Assembly (NCBI GenBank): GCA_002772815.1
Contig: PFDQ01000043.1
Location: forward strand, 15,955 to 65,970
Source: Candidatus Peregrinibacteria bacterium CG10_big_fil_rev_8_21_14_0_10_42_8
Lineage (GTDB): Bacteria; Patescibacteriota; Gracilibacteria; Peribacterales; Peribacteraceae
DNA: 50,016 nucleotides
Direction of reading: 5' to 3'
Each line of letters opens with the position of its first letter. The stretch's first letter is position 1. Made by a program: the position numbers and the translations under genes. The notes below the pieces were generated by a model. That model saw only the letters and a program-made list of their open reading frames with translations, had not been told where the DNA came from and did no database searches. Of this stretch, positions 1 to 9,949 are shown one piece after another.

Positions 1-1
1 A

Positions 2-472
2 GAGCGCGCTATTCGTGATTATACCGCGGCTGCCAAGAAGGCAGGGCTTTACCTAAAGATTACAGAAGAAGAGAAGGATATTATGGTTCTTGCAGACCTT
101 GAAAAGGTCGCAGAATCAATTACGAATAGTATTAGTAATGCTATTAAATATACGAAGTCAGGAGGTATCACGGTAAATCTTTCTCGTAACAACGGGATGG
201 GAATAGTAATCGTAACAGATACAGGGGATGGCATGTCACCAGAAATGATACAAAACCTCTTCTCTCGTAGTGGAGTGAAAAAGGGCAACACTAGTGCAGA
301 AAGCAGTTCTGGCCTCGGGCTCTTTATTGCAAGGCAGTTTATGAAGCTACAGAAAGGAGACATCACAGTCTCTTCAGAAGTGGGGAAGGGTACAACCTTT
401 ACGTATACGCTAGAAGAAGCCATACAAAAGGATATTGAGAAAGCCAAAATTGATTCTAAAGCTGATTTGTAG
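2..472 (+). CDS. Sensor histidine kinase, C-terminal HATPase_c domain (5' truncated by window edge)
   Basis: Frame open from base 2; N box (NSISNAIKYT), G1 (DTGDGM), G2 (SGLGLFIA), G3 (GKGTTF). Confidence 0.9.
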   Translation, partial: ERAIRDYTAAAKKAGLYLKITEEEKDIMVLADLEKVAESITNSISNAIKYTKSGGITVNLSRNNGMGIVIVTDTGDGMSPEMIQNLFSRSGVKKGNTSAESSSGLGLFIARQFMKLQKGDITVSSEVGKGTTFTYTLEEAIQKDIEKAKIDSKADL

Positions 473-504
473 TATACTAATCAGTGAAATACACACAAAA
501 CCTT

Positions 505-1266
505 ATGAAGCTTAAAAGAAATATAATCACTACAGTAACACTCGGACTTCTTATTGTTGTCGGTGCAGTCGGTGCATTCTTCGATGAGATTGTTGCTCTT
601 CAAGAAGAGCTACAGGTATGGGAAGAATCAAATGCTGCAGACTTTTCGGATGTTATCGAACAACTTGAAGATATTACAGGCCCAGTGTTTAGGGATGTTG
701 CAGATGCAGATTGGTTTAATCCATACGTTGCGTCACTCGCTGAGTGGGGCATTGTTTCTGGTTTTAAAGATGAGCATGGTCGACCAACAGGTGAGTACCG
801 CCCAGGGAATGAGGTGACAATTGCGGAAGTCTTAAAGATGGCTATGGAGGCTGCCCTTGTAGATGAGGCACAGTGTCTAAACACACCACTTCATCCACAA
901 GCTCTCAACCATTGGTCTGTACATTATGTAGCGTGTGCAGAAGATATGGGATTGCGAATGCTTGACCCTCGTCTACCTGCTGATCTTAATCGTCCTGCAA
1001 AAAGAGCAGAAGTACTTACCATTATTCATGACACATTTGCCGACAATGTACTTCCTCTTTATAGCAGCTTTAGCGATACACAAGGACACAGATTTGAGGC
1101 AGACATCGCGTATGCAAACTTGTACGGAATAGTGAGTGGAGACACAAATTCTGATGGAACAGAGAAAGGAACATTCCGTCCTGATGATGCTATCAACCGA
1201 GCTGAAACTGCCAAAATTATCTACGAGCGTCTAAAGCTCGAGGTTGTTGATACTCGTGAGCTGTAA
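505..1266 (+). CDS. S-layer homology (SLH) domain protein
   Basis: N-terminal hydrophobic helix; SLH motifs FRDVADADWF..GIVSG..YRPGNEVTIAE and GIVSG..FRPDDAINRAE. Confidence 0.85.
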   Translation: MKLKRNIITTVTLGLLIVVGAVGAFFDEIVALQEELQVWEESNAADFSDVIEQLEDITGPVFRDVADADWFNPYVASLAEWGIVSGFKDEHGRPTGEYRPGNEVTIAEVLKMAMEAALVDEAQCLNTPLHPQALNHWSVHYVACAEDMGLRMLDPRLPADLNRPAKRAEVLTIIHDTFADNVLPLYSSFSDTQGHRFEADIAYANLYGIVSGDTNSDGTEKGTFRPDDAINRAETAKIIYERLKLEVVDTREL

Positions 1267-1314
1267 GTTCTTCTTAGGTACAAATTCAAGATTAATCCAT
1301 TAGATAGCTATATA

Positions 1315-1339
1315 AATTGTATAAATTATTTATACAATT
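1315..1339. promoter_or_regulatory. Perfect 25-bp palindrome, candidate operator
   Basis: AATTGTATAAAT-T-ATTTATACAATT in an intergenic region. Confidence 0.45.
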
Positions 1340-1475
1340 CTTAGAGTTCTATACAAGTATTCAGGAATGTCAGACACTGGCAAGCCTCTTTTGTTATGCC
1401 AAAAGTTCGCTTTCAGTCTCGGCCACTCTACCCAGAATGCTTCTCTGCACAGCTGCAATTGTATACACTGCCTAC

Positions 1476-2198
1476 ATGCAAGAACGACTCCAGAAAATCC
1501 TCTCGGCACAAGGAATCTGCTCTAGACGGAAAGCAGAAGAGTACATCGAGGCAGGCCTCGTCACAGTAAACGGAGAAGTGGCGGCACTTGGACAAAAAGC
1601 AGATGAGGCAGTCGACACAATAGAAGTGGATGGCAAAGTTCTCGCAGATCGCAAAGAGATGCTCTACTACCTCATGAACAAGCCAGTTGGCTATATTACG
1701 AGTAATGTTGATAACGATGAGCATCCAGATAGAACTGTTCGCGATTTACTCCCAAAGGAGTTACAGGGGAAGATCTACCCCATTGGTCGCCTCGACAAAG
1801 AAACATCTGGACTCCTTCTTTTTACGAATGATGGCGTGCTTGCATACCGACTGACACATCCGTCGTTTGATCATGAAAAAGAATATGAAGTGGAATCAAA
1901 CGAAGAGGTAAAAGAAGGTCAGCTCGAAAAAATGCGCACAGGAATGATGATAAAAGATGAGAAGACAAAGCCAGCAACTGTGGAAAAAATCAGTAACACA
2001 AAATTTACTATAGCCCTAACAGAAGGGAAAAACAGACAGATCCGTCGCATGTGTAAGAAGGTAGGAATTCCACTTATTGCACTGAAGCGCACACGCATTA
2101 TGACACTAAAACCTCAGCTCGAAAAAAATGGTTTCAGAGCACTCTCTGAAAAAGAGAGAACAGCACTGTTAGAGTCAGTGCATATTGAAATTGCTTGA
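1476..2198 (+). CDS. rluB: rRNA pseudouridine synthase, RsuA/RluB family
   Basis: S4-like start MQERLQKILS..CSRRKAE, catalytic GRLDKETSGLLL, EGKNRQIRRM; start moved to ATG 1476. Confidence 0.85.
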   Translation: MQERLQKILSAQGICSRRKAEEYIEAGLVTVNGEVAALGQKADEAVDTIEVDGKVLADRKEMLYYLMNKPVGYITSNVDNDEHPDRTVRDLLPKELQGKIYPIGRLDKETSGLLLFTNDGVLAYRLTHPSFDHEKEYEVESNEEVKEGQLEKMRTGMMIKDEKTKPATVEKISNTKFTIALTEGKNRQIRRMCKKVGIPLIALKRTRIMTLKPQLEKNGFRALSEKERTALLESVHIEIA

Positions 2199-2226
2199 GG
2201 TTAGTATAATTGGTATTATTCGTTTA

Positions 2227-5200
2227 ATGAAAAAAAAGTTTGTTGTAATTGGTATGGCGTTTAGCGCCCTTTTGCTAATTATTTTTACATTGCAGTCACA
2301 ATGGGGAAACTTGAAGGGGCAATCGGGATGGACTGAGTCATGTAGTATAGCGGCTAACCCTGATGGATCATGCCCCTATGGATATGGTGACCAAGGGGGA
2401 GTGTGTTATTCCTCTGATGGGACATTATGTACATGTACTAACGGAGCTAGTGGTTTTTGCGGAGCGGGGAGTTGTAGTTGTTCAGAGGTTGAGCCAGCAA
2501 GAGGAACGTGTTGTGACACAGCAACATCACCAGGTTCACCAAGTTATTTAACAGAACAAGGCTGTACAGATATGCAAGGAATATGGCATCAAGGGCCGTA
2601 TAATATGGCACTTTGCTTTTCTATCACATCGTCATCAGCATCCTCAGTAGTGTTAAGCTCGTCTGTCCAAAGCTCTTCCGTTGCGCCACGATGTGGCGAT
2701 GGAACAGTAGACCAAGGAGAACAGTGTGATGATAGTAATACTACAGATAATGATGGATGTTCTCGTTCGTGTAAAAACGAGAGGTGTGGGGATGGTATTA
2801 AACAATTAAATGAAGAATGTGATGATGAAAACACAGTGACTGCAGATGCGTGTACGAATGCTTGCACGGTAGCAAAGTGTGGAGATGGTGTTCTCCGTTC
2901 AGGGTTCGACCCCCAAACGAACGTGATCTATGAGCAGTGTGATGATGGTAATACAAACAATGATGATGGATGTGATAGTAGCTGTAAGATAGAACGATGT
3001 GGAAATTACGTTATTGAATCAAACGAAATGTGTGAACAGATCAATAATGGGTGGGTGCAAGATACGACATGTGGAAATGGTCAGTTTTGCTGTGCAGAAT
3101 GTACTACTTGTCGGATAGCGTGCCCCTTTCTTGATTCAAATGGCAGCGGTGAGATTCCTGATGGATATGGTATTCGCGGAAGGGGTGGGGAATGTGGTTC
3201 GCCGTTGTGTTATACAAGTTGTAGTTCTGCAGTATTCGAACGATGTGCAGAATGCAGTGGTTGTGGCGAGTCAGACTCTGTAGAAAGCTGCGAAGAAATG
3301 TGTGGAGATAAACCTGCGTCAGACCCATGTTGGGACGATTGTCATGAGAATAAGATATGTAATGCAGCCTGTGAAGACCCAGATGGTGATGGTATAGGGT
3401 ATTACATGGAAAACTTGTCATGCGTGAGTGGTGTTGGCGATTCCCCTGCAACGTGTCAGTTTATTACGAGTAGTAACACAGGAGGAGGTTCAGGAGGCCA
3501 AAATGGAGGGGGAAACGGAGGGCAGAATGGTGGAAATAATGGCGGAGCAAGTGGCGGAGGTGAGGGTGGTGACACCGGTGGAACGGATACAGGCGGAACA
3601 GACGGCGGTGCGTCCGGCGGTGATACGGGTGGAGCATCTTCTGCATCGGCATCTTCGATAAGTTCAACTCCACACTGCTACGAAACAGGCGAGTGTTCTA
3701 CTTGTCCCAGTTGTTTCAGTTCGTGTTTCTGCACTATGCATATCAATGCGCAAAACCAAGGGTTACCCCCGCCAAGTACCAGCCGGATTGAAAGCACTTG
3801 TACGGCTCAATGTGTCGATAGCCCACCACCTAATTCTTCCTCAAATGGAAATACATCAAGCGCTTCTAGTAGGTCTAATACCTCTAGCACTTCACGGTCA
3901 AATGGATCGGTGCCTTCTAATGGAAATAGCAGTTCTGTTATTGTTGCTTTCGATTATCATTATGAATGTATGCAGCAAAGCTGTGTACTTGTTCTGACTG
4001 CGGGGCAAGATACATGTGCTACTGACAAAGATTGTTTGGGAGCTAAGTCGTCAACGTCTGCAAATCAGTCATCGTTAAGCTCAGGGTCGTCAGGTTCAGA
4101 TCAATCTTCATCATTCTCTGATAGCTCGAATAATTCATTTAACTTCTCTTCATCATTCTCTGATGGCTCGAATAATTCATCTAACTTCTCTTCATCGCTA
4201 TCTTATAGTTCAGATACTTCTAATTTCTCTTCATCATTCTTAAGCAGTTCTATTAATTCTTCAGATATATCGAATGTTTCATCATCATCAGAATTCTCAG
4301 ATTCTTCCGCTTCCTCAGGTGTATCTACTTCTTATACCTTTAGTCAGCCTTCTTTTGCATCGTATTCTTCTGAGAATTCACAGAATTCAAATTCTAGTAT
4401 TGTGCAAGAATCATCTACATCTAACGTATCAAGCACGTCGTTTAGCATTCGCTTCTCTTCTGATTCTGAATCAAGCACATCATCACGAGGTAGTGCAAGA
4501 AGTTCGTTTGCAAACAGTACAATCATCGTCATTGCAGAAGATGATGATGGAGACGGAGACGGCGATGATGGCTTCCGAGATAATAACAATCAGTGGGTTT
4601 TGAGGCCATCTAGCTTCATTGCACAAAACGTAAACGGTACATTAGTAGCTGCAGCATCTATGTGTGGTAATGGTATTCTTGATGTTGGCGAAGAGTGTGA
4701 CGACAGCAATAGACGTGACAACGATGGTTGTTCGATATCGTGCCTTCTTGAGATTGGTATTTGTGGGGATGGAAAAGTACAAAGCCTTCTAGGAGAGCAA
4801 TGTGAGGGTGGTATTGATTGTCAGAAGTGTCGATTTGTGAGTCAGACATGTGGAGATGGCATAGTAGACCCAAGAGAAGAATGTGATAGTGGCGCGTTAA
4901 ACTCTTTGTCACCAAATGCTGACTGTCGCCCAGACTGTAGTTTATCTCGATGTGGTGATTCAGTGCTCGATACAACGGAGCTCTGTGATGATGGAAATCG
5001 ACTCAATAGTGATGGGTGTGACAGGTATTGCAGACTAGAAACAACAGTTCTTGCACAGCAAAATAGCAATAATTATGAGCAATTACAGGCTCAGATGTTA
5101 GCGAATCAACAGTTTGGCTTCCCTCAATACGCAAACTATCAACAGTTGCCCTATCAGTTGCCACTTGCACAGCTTCAACCACTTATACAGAACCAAGGTC

Positions 5201-5295
5201 CAATAGGTGATACAGGTCCTGCTGCAGTAGCAGTAGCAGCATCAGGAATGGCTGCAGGAGTCGGCTGGATACGAAGGAAGAAGCGAAAATCGTAG
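2227..5295 (+). CDS. Large Cys-rich surface protein (Myxococcus Cys-rich/DUF4215-like repeats, Gly- and Ser-rich linkers, C-terminal sorting-like signal)
   Basis: Signal peptide MKKKFVVIG; multiple CGDG..EQCDDGN...DGC repeats; tail IGDTGP + hydrophobic stretch + RRKKRKS. Confidence 0.85.
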   Translation: MKKKFVVIGMAFSALLLIIFTLQSQWGNLKGQSGWTESCSIAANPDGSCPYGYGDQGGVCYSSDGTLCTCTNGASGFCGAGSCSCSEVEPARGTCCDTATSPGSPSYLTEQGCTDMQGIWHQGPYNMALCFSITSSSASSVVLSSSVQSSSVAPRCGDGTVDQGEQCDDSNTTDNDGCSRSCKNERCGDGIKQLNEECDDENTVTADACTNACTVAKCGDGVLRSGFDPQTNVIYEQCDDGNTNNDDGCDSSCKIERCGNYVIESNEMCEQINNGWVQDTTCGNGQFCCAECTTCRIACPFLDSNGSGEIPDGYGIRGRGGECGSPLCYTSCSSAVFERCAECSGCGESDSVESCEEMCGDKPASDPCWDDCHENKICNAACEDPDGDGIGYYMENLSCVSGVGDSPATCQFITSSNTGGGSGGQNGGGNGGQNGGNNGGASGGGEGGDTGGTDTGGTDGGASGGDTGGASSASASSISSTPHCYETGECSTCPSCFSSCFCTMHINAQNQGLPPPSTSRIESTCTAQCVDSPPPNSSSNGNTSSASSRSNTSSTSRSNGSVPSNGNSSSVIVAFDYHYECMQQSCVLVLTAGQDTCATDKDCLGAKSSTSANQSSLSSGSSGSDQSSSFSDSSNNSFNFSSSFSDGSNNSSNFSSSLSYSSDTSNFSSSFLSSSINSSDISNVSSSSEFSDSSASSGVSTSYTFSQPSFASYSSENSQNSNSSIVQESSTSNVSSTSFSIRFSSDSESSTSSRGSARSSFANSTIIVIAEDDDGDGDGDDGFRDNNNQWVLRPSSFIAQNVNGTLVAAASMCGNGILDVGEECDDSNRRDNDGCSISCLLEIGICGDGKVQSLLGEQCEGGIDCQKCRFVSQTCGDGIVDPREECDSGALNSLSPNADCRPDCSLSRCGDSVLDTTELCDDGNRLNSDGCDRYCRLETTVLAQQNSNNYEQLQAQMLANQQFGFPQYANYQQLPYQLPLAQLQPLIQNQGPIGDTGPAAVAVAASGMAAGVGWIRRKKRKS
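4105..4196 (+). repeat. 42-bp in-frame tandem repeat (about 2.2 units) in the Ser-rich linker
   Basis: tcttcatcattctctgat(a/g)gctcgaataattcat(t/c)taacttc occurs twice plus a partial third unit. Confidence 0.85.
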
Positions 5296-6087
5296 CTAGC
5301 GCCCTACTGTAATTTCTATCTTTCCAAAGTTAAGAACCCAAATGTCATCAACGATGCCGACGCCAATGTCATCGTAATCTTTCGAGAGGATTGCATCTCG
5401 GTGACTTGGTGATTCCATCCATTCACGGATAACTTGCTCAATAGTGGTTTGTCCCTTTGCAAGGTTTTCTCCTAGATAGACTTTATAGCTACAACGACAT
5501 TCTTGAGCATTAATAATTCCGTATCCTGTAGCTTTTATTCGGTCGTTACTACGAAGGCCATTTGGGTTTTCATGGGAGAAGTAATCCCTATTTTTCATGT
5601 CTTGCGCATGCCTTTGTGCAGATGTTTCAAGGTCAATCTGTGCGCGCAGTGGTGGTAGTGCCATCTTTGCTCGTTCCATATTTACACTATCTATCAGTTG
5701 AAATTTTATTGGAGAAGGAAGCTCTCCTAGTCGCTCGGCTCGACGAGCATTTGATCGTTCAAGTAAAGAAGACCCGTTTGCAAGGAGGCTTACAGACGAA
5801 GAGGAGGTACTCGAAACACTTCGACGTACTATTGCGCGTGATGAGCTGCTTCGTCTTGTATAAAGTGGAGTACGAGACCTATTTTGACGAAGGTCTTTAA
5901 GGTGAGAAATGCTATTACTTACAGATAGTCCTAGCCGAGAAAGGCGACGAGTTTCTATGCGATCCTCCATGCTTTCCATAGCACTAGCATGAAGAGATAT
6001 CTGCAGTGAAGATTCTGCACGTACAACCATTGTTGTACTGCTAATACCTGTGATAACCGCCAGTATTGGTATAAAAGTACGTTTCAT
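5296..6087 (-). CDS. Secreted CAP/SCP domain protein
   Basis: Signal peptide; AQRHAQDM..YFSHENP, GENLAKGQ, WMESPSHR, DIGVG. Confidence 0.88.
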   Translation of the reverse strand: MKRTFIPILAVITGISSTTMVVRAESSLQISLHASAMESMEDRIETRRLSRLGLSVSNSISHLKDLRQNRSRTPLYTRRSSSSRAIVRRSVSSTSSSSVSLLANGSSLLERSNARRAERLGELPSPIKFQLIDSVNMERAKMALPPLRAQIDLETSAQRHAQDMKNRDYFSHENPNGLRSNDRIKATGYGIINAQECRCSYKVYLGENLAKGQTTIEQVIREWMESPSHRDAILSKDYDDIGVGIVDDIWVLNFGKIEITVGR

Positions 6088-6201
6088 AGAGTAGGATAAT
6101 AATACAGTATTTGAAGTTATGCAGTTGGAATTTCTCATGAAATGTAGTCCTGATTATAATTTCCTATGCACAGGAGAATTTTTCTCTGCTATGCTCGAAA
6201 C

Positions 6202-7611
6202 ATGAAAATTATCCCCCACGGTGCGGCTCTGGAGGTTACTGGAAGCTGCCATGAAATTCAGGTTGATATAGACGGCGTTACAAAGAAGATTCTACTTGAT
6301 TGTGGGCTCTTCCAGGGACACAGACAGGAATCAGCAGTAAAAAATGCAGAGTTTGCCTTCGAGCCATCAGAAATTGATGCGATGATCCTTAGTCATGCGC
6401 ACGCAGACCACGTTGGACGTGTTCCAGTTCTGTCGAAGAAGGGGTTTGAGGCAAAAATTTTCTGTACATACGCAACAAAAGATCTTGCAGAAGTTATGCT
6501 CCAAGATAGTGGATTTATTAACGAGAAAGATGAAGAATTTTTCTGTAAGTATCTTGCAAAGTCGATGATGGAGTGTGAAGGTCCACTTTATACACAAGAA
6601 GATGCAACAGAATGTATGAGGCATTTTGTCGGTCAAAATTATAAAGAATGGTTCGATGTCATTCCTGGTATCCGTGCAATGTTCCTTGATGCAGGTCATA
6701 TTATTGGAGCAGCAATGGTAGTGCTTGAAATTATGGAAAATGGAACAAAGAGAATGATTGGTTTTACCGGTGACCTTGGACGAAATATGTTGCCAATTAT
6801 CAGAGACCCCGCTGACATGCCAGAAGTCGAAGTGCTTATTTGCGAAAGTACATATGGAAATAGGGAGCACGAAGATATCGCAACTGCAAAACACGCACTA
6901 AAAGATGTCATTATCCGAACAGCAAAGCGTGGAGGTAAAGTGCTTATTCCTGCATTCTCTTTAGAGCGTACACAGGAAATTGTATACGACCTTCATGTGT
7001 TATGGGACGCAAAGGATATTCCAGCAATTCCGATTGTCATTGATTCTCCACTCGCAACACGAGTGACAGAGGTGTTCATGAAACACCCAGAATGTTATGA
7101 CAAAGATATGTATGAAAATTTCTTAGCAAAAGCACATAACCCATTTCAGTTTTCACTCGTCAGGTATACACAAAGTACAGAGGAGAGTAAAGAGCTAAAC
7201 GGTACACCAGGCCCAATGATTATTATGGCAGGAAGTGGAATGTGTGAAGCAGGTCGTATTCGTCATCATCTCAAAAATGAGATTGAAGATGATAGAAATA
7301 CCATTCTTGCTGTTGGGTATATGGCAGAAAATACACTTGGTCGTAGTATTATTGATTCAGATGTTACAGAGGTAAAAATCTTTGATAAGATTTATCAGAA
7401 GAAAGCAGAAACCGTATACATCAATGCGTACTCTGGTCATGCAGACATGTCAGACCTCGATAATCTTGTGTGCAGTACAAAAGGAGTGAAGAAGGTAATC
7501 CTTGTACATGGTGAAGAAACTCAAATGCTACCATTCGCTGAACGTATCCGTCACGTGTGTAAAGACATCGAAGTGATCATGCCAGAACGTGATCAGGAAA
7601 TAGAGGTGTAA
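6202..7611 (+). CDS. MBL-fold/beta-CASP metallo-hydrolase (RNA-processing type)
   Basis: EVTGSCH, LDCGLFQG, SHAHADHVG, AGHIIG, ESTYGNR, GSGMCEAGRIRHHL, YSGHAD, LVHGE. Confidence 0.92.
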   Translation: MKIIPHGAALEVTGSCHEIQVDIDGVTKKILLDCGLFQGHRQESAVKNAEFAFEPSEIDAMILSHAHADHVGRVPVLSKKGFEAKIFCTYATKDLAEVMLQDSGFINEKDEEFFCKYLAKSMMECEGPLYTQEDATECMRHFVGQNYKEWFDVIPGIRAMFLDAGHIIGAAMVVLEIMENGTKRMIGFTGDLGRNMLPIIRDPADMPEVEVLICESTYGNREHEDIATAKHALKDVIIRTAKRGGKVLIPAFSLERTQEIVYDLHVLWDAKDIPAIPIVIDSPLATRVTEVFMKHPECYDKDMYENFLAKAHNPFQFSLVRYTQSTEESKELNGTPGPMIIMAGSGMCEAGRIRHHLKNEIEDDRNTILAVGYMAENTLGRSIIDSDVTEVKIFDKIYQKKAETVYINAYSGHADMSDLDNLVCSTKGVKKVILVHGEETQMLPFAERIRHVCKDIEVIMPERDQEIEV

Positions 7612-7675
7612 AGATAAGTAGAGCGCACTTTCTTTGTAGTACAAGTTGAAAGGCTAGGCATTCCTTTTTTGTCGG

Positions 7676-7756
7676 GAAACAGGCCCTGCAGCAGTTGTAG
7701 TTGCAGCATCTGGAATGGCTGCAGGAATTGGTTGGATGAGACGAAAGAGAAAGTAG
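7676..7756 (+). pseudogene. Orphan remnant of a surface-protein C-terminal sorting signal
   Basis: Translates ETGPAAVVVAASGMAAGIGWMRRKRK*, close to the end of 2227..5295; in-frame TAG at 7655 and no start codon ahead of the motif. Confidence 0.75.
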
Positions 7757-7791
7757 CACCAGAGAACTGATAAAGGTAAGATCAATTCATA

Positions 7792-8547
7792 ATGAAGATA
7801 AACGCAGATACCACTCTTCTTTGGGAGATTACAAAATCAAATTTTAAACTGCAAAATGAAAGTAGTGCATTGGGTATTATTTGGTATCTCCTCGGGCCAT
7901 TGTTGCTTTTTGGAATCATGCTCTTTGTCTTTTCGCACAGACTTGGGTCTGATGTCGATAAATATCCACTCTACTTGTTGATGGGTATTATCACATGGAA
8001 TTTCTTCTCTACAGGTGCAGGGAGATGCATGACAACAATTACTGGTAATGCAAGCCTTATTAAATCTATCCCTATTCGCATAGAAATTTTAATAATAGCT
8101 GCAATTTTTCACGCACTCATTACGCATTCTATTGAAATATTCCTATTTCTTGCACTCCTTCTCTTATCAGGGATTATTCCTATTCTTATCCCTCTTTATC
8201 TTATTGTACTCGTTATCAGTTTTATTTTTACGATTGGAGTCGGCTTTGCACTATCTGCAACATTCGTCATATTTCGTGATGTGCAGCAAATTTGGTCTGT
8301 TATAACGCGTGCATGGTGGTTTGCTACCCCAATTTTTTATGTGCCAACAACAACAGGTCTCGGAAGTAAGCTCAGCTTGTTTAATCCACTCTATTATAGT
8401 ATTCATCTTTCGCGCGAATTGCTGATATACAACCGTATTCCGCCGCTCTATCTCTTCGTAATTTTTTTCGGGATGTCGCTGATATCATTACTACTAGGGT
8501 ATTATATTTTTCGTAAGCTACAGCCTAATTTTGTCGCACTTATATGA
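7792..8547 (+). CDS. wzm: Polysaccharide ABC transporter permease (Wzm/TagG-like)
   Basis: SALGIIWYLL.P, FRDVQQI, WFATPIFY, LFNPL motifs; about 6 TM. Confidence 0.88.
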   Translation: MKINADTTLLWEITKSNFKLQNESSALGIIWYLLGPLLLFGIMLFVFSHRLGSDVDKYPLYLLMGIITWNFFSTGAGRCMTTITGNASLIKSIPIRIEILIIAAIFHALITHSIEIFLFLALLLLSGIIPILIPLYLIVLVISFIFTIGVGFALSATFVIFRDVQQIWSVITRAWWFATPIFYVPTTTGLGSKLSLFNPLYYSIHLSRELLIYNRIPPLYLFVIFFGMSLISLLLGYYIFRKLQPNFVALI

Positions 8548-9308
8548 GTACTACGCCTGCAATTTTCGTTGAAAATGTATACAAAGATTTCTGGGTACAT
8601 GCTCGCACAGATGCAACTATACTTTCACGTATAGCAGATGCGTTTCCCTCTGGAGGAAAACGGCTTCATTCTCGTAAAATAGAAGCAGTTCGTAATGTCA
8701 GTTTTGCACTCGATCGTGGAAAAGTACTTGGGATTATAGGAAAGAATGCAGCAGGAAAAAGTACACTTCTAAGGCTTATAGCAAATATTTACGAGCCAGA
8801 CGCAGGAACAGTGATTGTCGATGGAACAATTACCTCTCTCATCAGTCTAAGTGTAGGGCTAAGGCCAACACTCAGTATTATCGATAACATTTATCTCGCT
8901 TGTTCATTATTTGGTATGCCACGATCACACATAAAAAAGGTTTACCCACAAATATTAGAATTTGCAGGTATTACAGATGCATGTATGTATCCGTATCAGC
9001 TTTCTACAGGGATGAACCAACGCTTGTCATTTTCCATTGCGGTTCATACAAAGCCAGAAATTCTTTTACTCGATGAAATATTCTCAGCAGGTGATATTGC
9101 GTTTCAATCGAAGGCACAACAGCGAATGGAGGAGCTTATAAAGGGTGATACTACTGTCGTTATGGTAAGCCATAGTATAGAGCGAATACGAGAATTAAGT
9201 GACGTTGTACTATGGTTAGAAGCAGGAAGTGTAAAAATGATTGGAGAGCCAAAAGAGGTAATACATGCATATATTGTAAGTATGCAGAGAGAGTTGATTG
9301 CCAAATAA
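8544..9308 (+). CDS. wzt: Polysaccharide ABC transporter ATPase (Wzt/TagH-like, no C-terminal binding domain)
   Basis: Walker A GKNAAGKST, signature LSTGMNQRL, Walker B ILLLDE, AGDIAFQ.K; ATGA overlap with wzm. Confidence 0.9.
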   Translation: MSTTPAIFVENVYKDFWVHARTDATILSRIADAFPSGGKRLHSRKIEAVRNVSFALDRGKVLGIIGKNAAGKSTLLRLIANIYEPDAGTVIVDGTITSLISLSVGLRPTLSIIDNIYLACSLFGMPRSHIKKVYPQILEFAGITDACMYPYQLSTGMNQRLSFSIAVHTKPEILLLDEIFSAGDIAFQSKAQQRMEELIKGDTTVVMVSHSIERIRELSDVVLWLEAGSVKMIGEPKEVIHAYIVSMQRELIAK

Positions 9309-9334
9309 CATACTTCAGGGTATTTATACACACG

Positions 9335-9949
9335 ATGGATAATCAATCAAACATTCAGCATCTCATCACTGGCACAGGAAGGTCTGGAACGACATTTTTA
9401 GCGCATGTATTGTACAATGCAGGGCTGGATTTCGGAGATAGTTCTCCAGTAAGTATCGGAGCAGTAGGAGATCCTATAGGGGGCGGAATGGAGTTGGCGA
9501 CATTTGCACATCTCAATACAAAATTGATGTATGACATGAACCATTTTCCCTTAAAAGAAGTTATTGAAAGCAATAGTGAATCTATGCAAGAGCAATGGCC
9601 ACAATACATGAAAGATCCACGTTATCTTATAACATGGCCAATATGGGAGAAAATTGGCATACGACCAAGGCACATATTTTTTTGTACAAGAATTCCTGAA
9701 AGCACAAATCAGTCCATTAATCAGACAACAAATTGGAATATAGAAAATCCTTCTGTGCTGTATATGCATTTCTATAAGTGTTTGTTATATGTCCTAGAAA
9801 AAGATATTAGCCATACATTCGTGCATTATCCGCGTATTGCAAAAGATAAGGAATATGCAGAGAAAACATTAGGTGCATTTATAAAAGATCCTTGGCCTAT
9901 TATTCAACAGACTTGGGACGATTCATTGCATCATTTTAAGTCAGAGTAG
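9335..9949 (+). CDS. Sulfotransferase-like protein
   Basis: N-terminal PAPS-loop ITGTGRSGTTFL and KDPR motif. Confidence 0.65.
   Translation: MDNQSNIQHLITGTGRSGTTFLAHVLYNAGLDFGDSSPVSIGAVGDPIGGGMELATFAHLNTKLMYDMNHFPLKEVIESNSESMQEQWPQYMKDPRYLITWPIWEKIGIRPRHIFFCTRIPESTNQSINQTTNWNIENPSVLYMHFYKCLLYVLEKDISHTFVHYPRIAKDKEYAEKTLGAFIKDPWPIIQQTWDDSLHHFKSE

Noticed and set aside
3470..3660. Gly-rich low-complexity repeats
   Set aside because: Ordinary coding linker inside the surface protein
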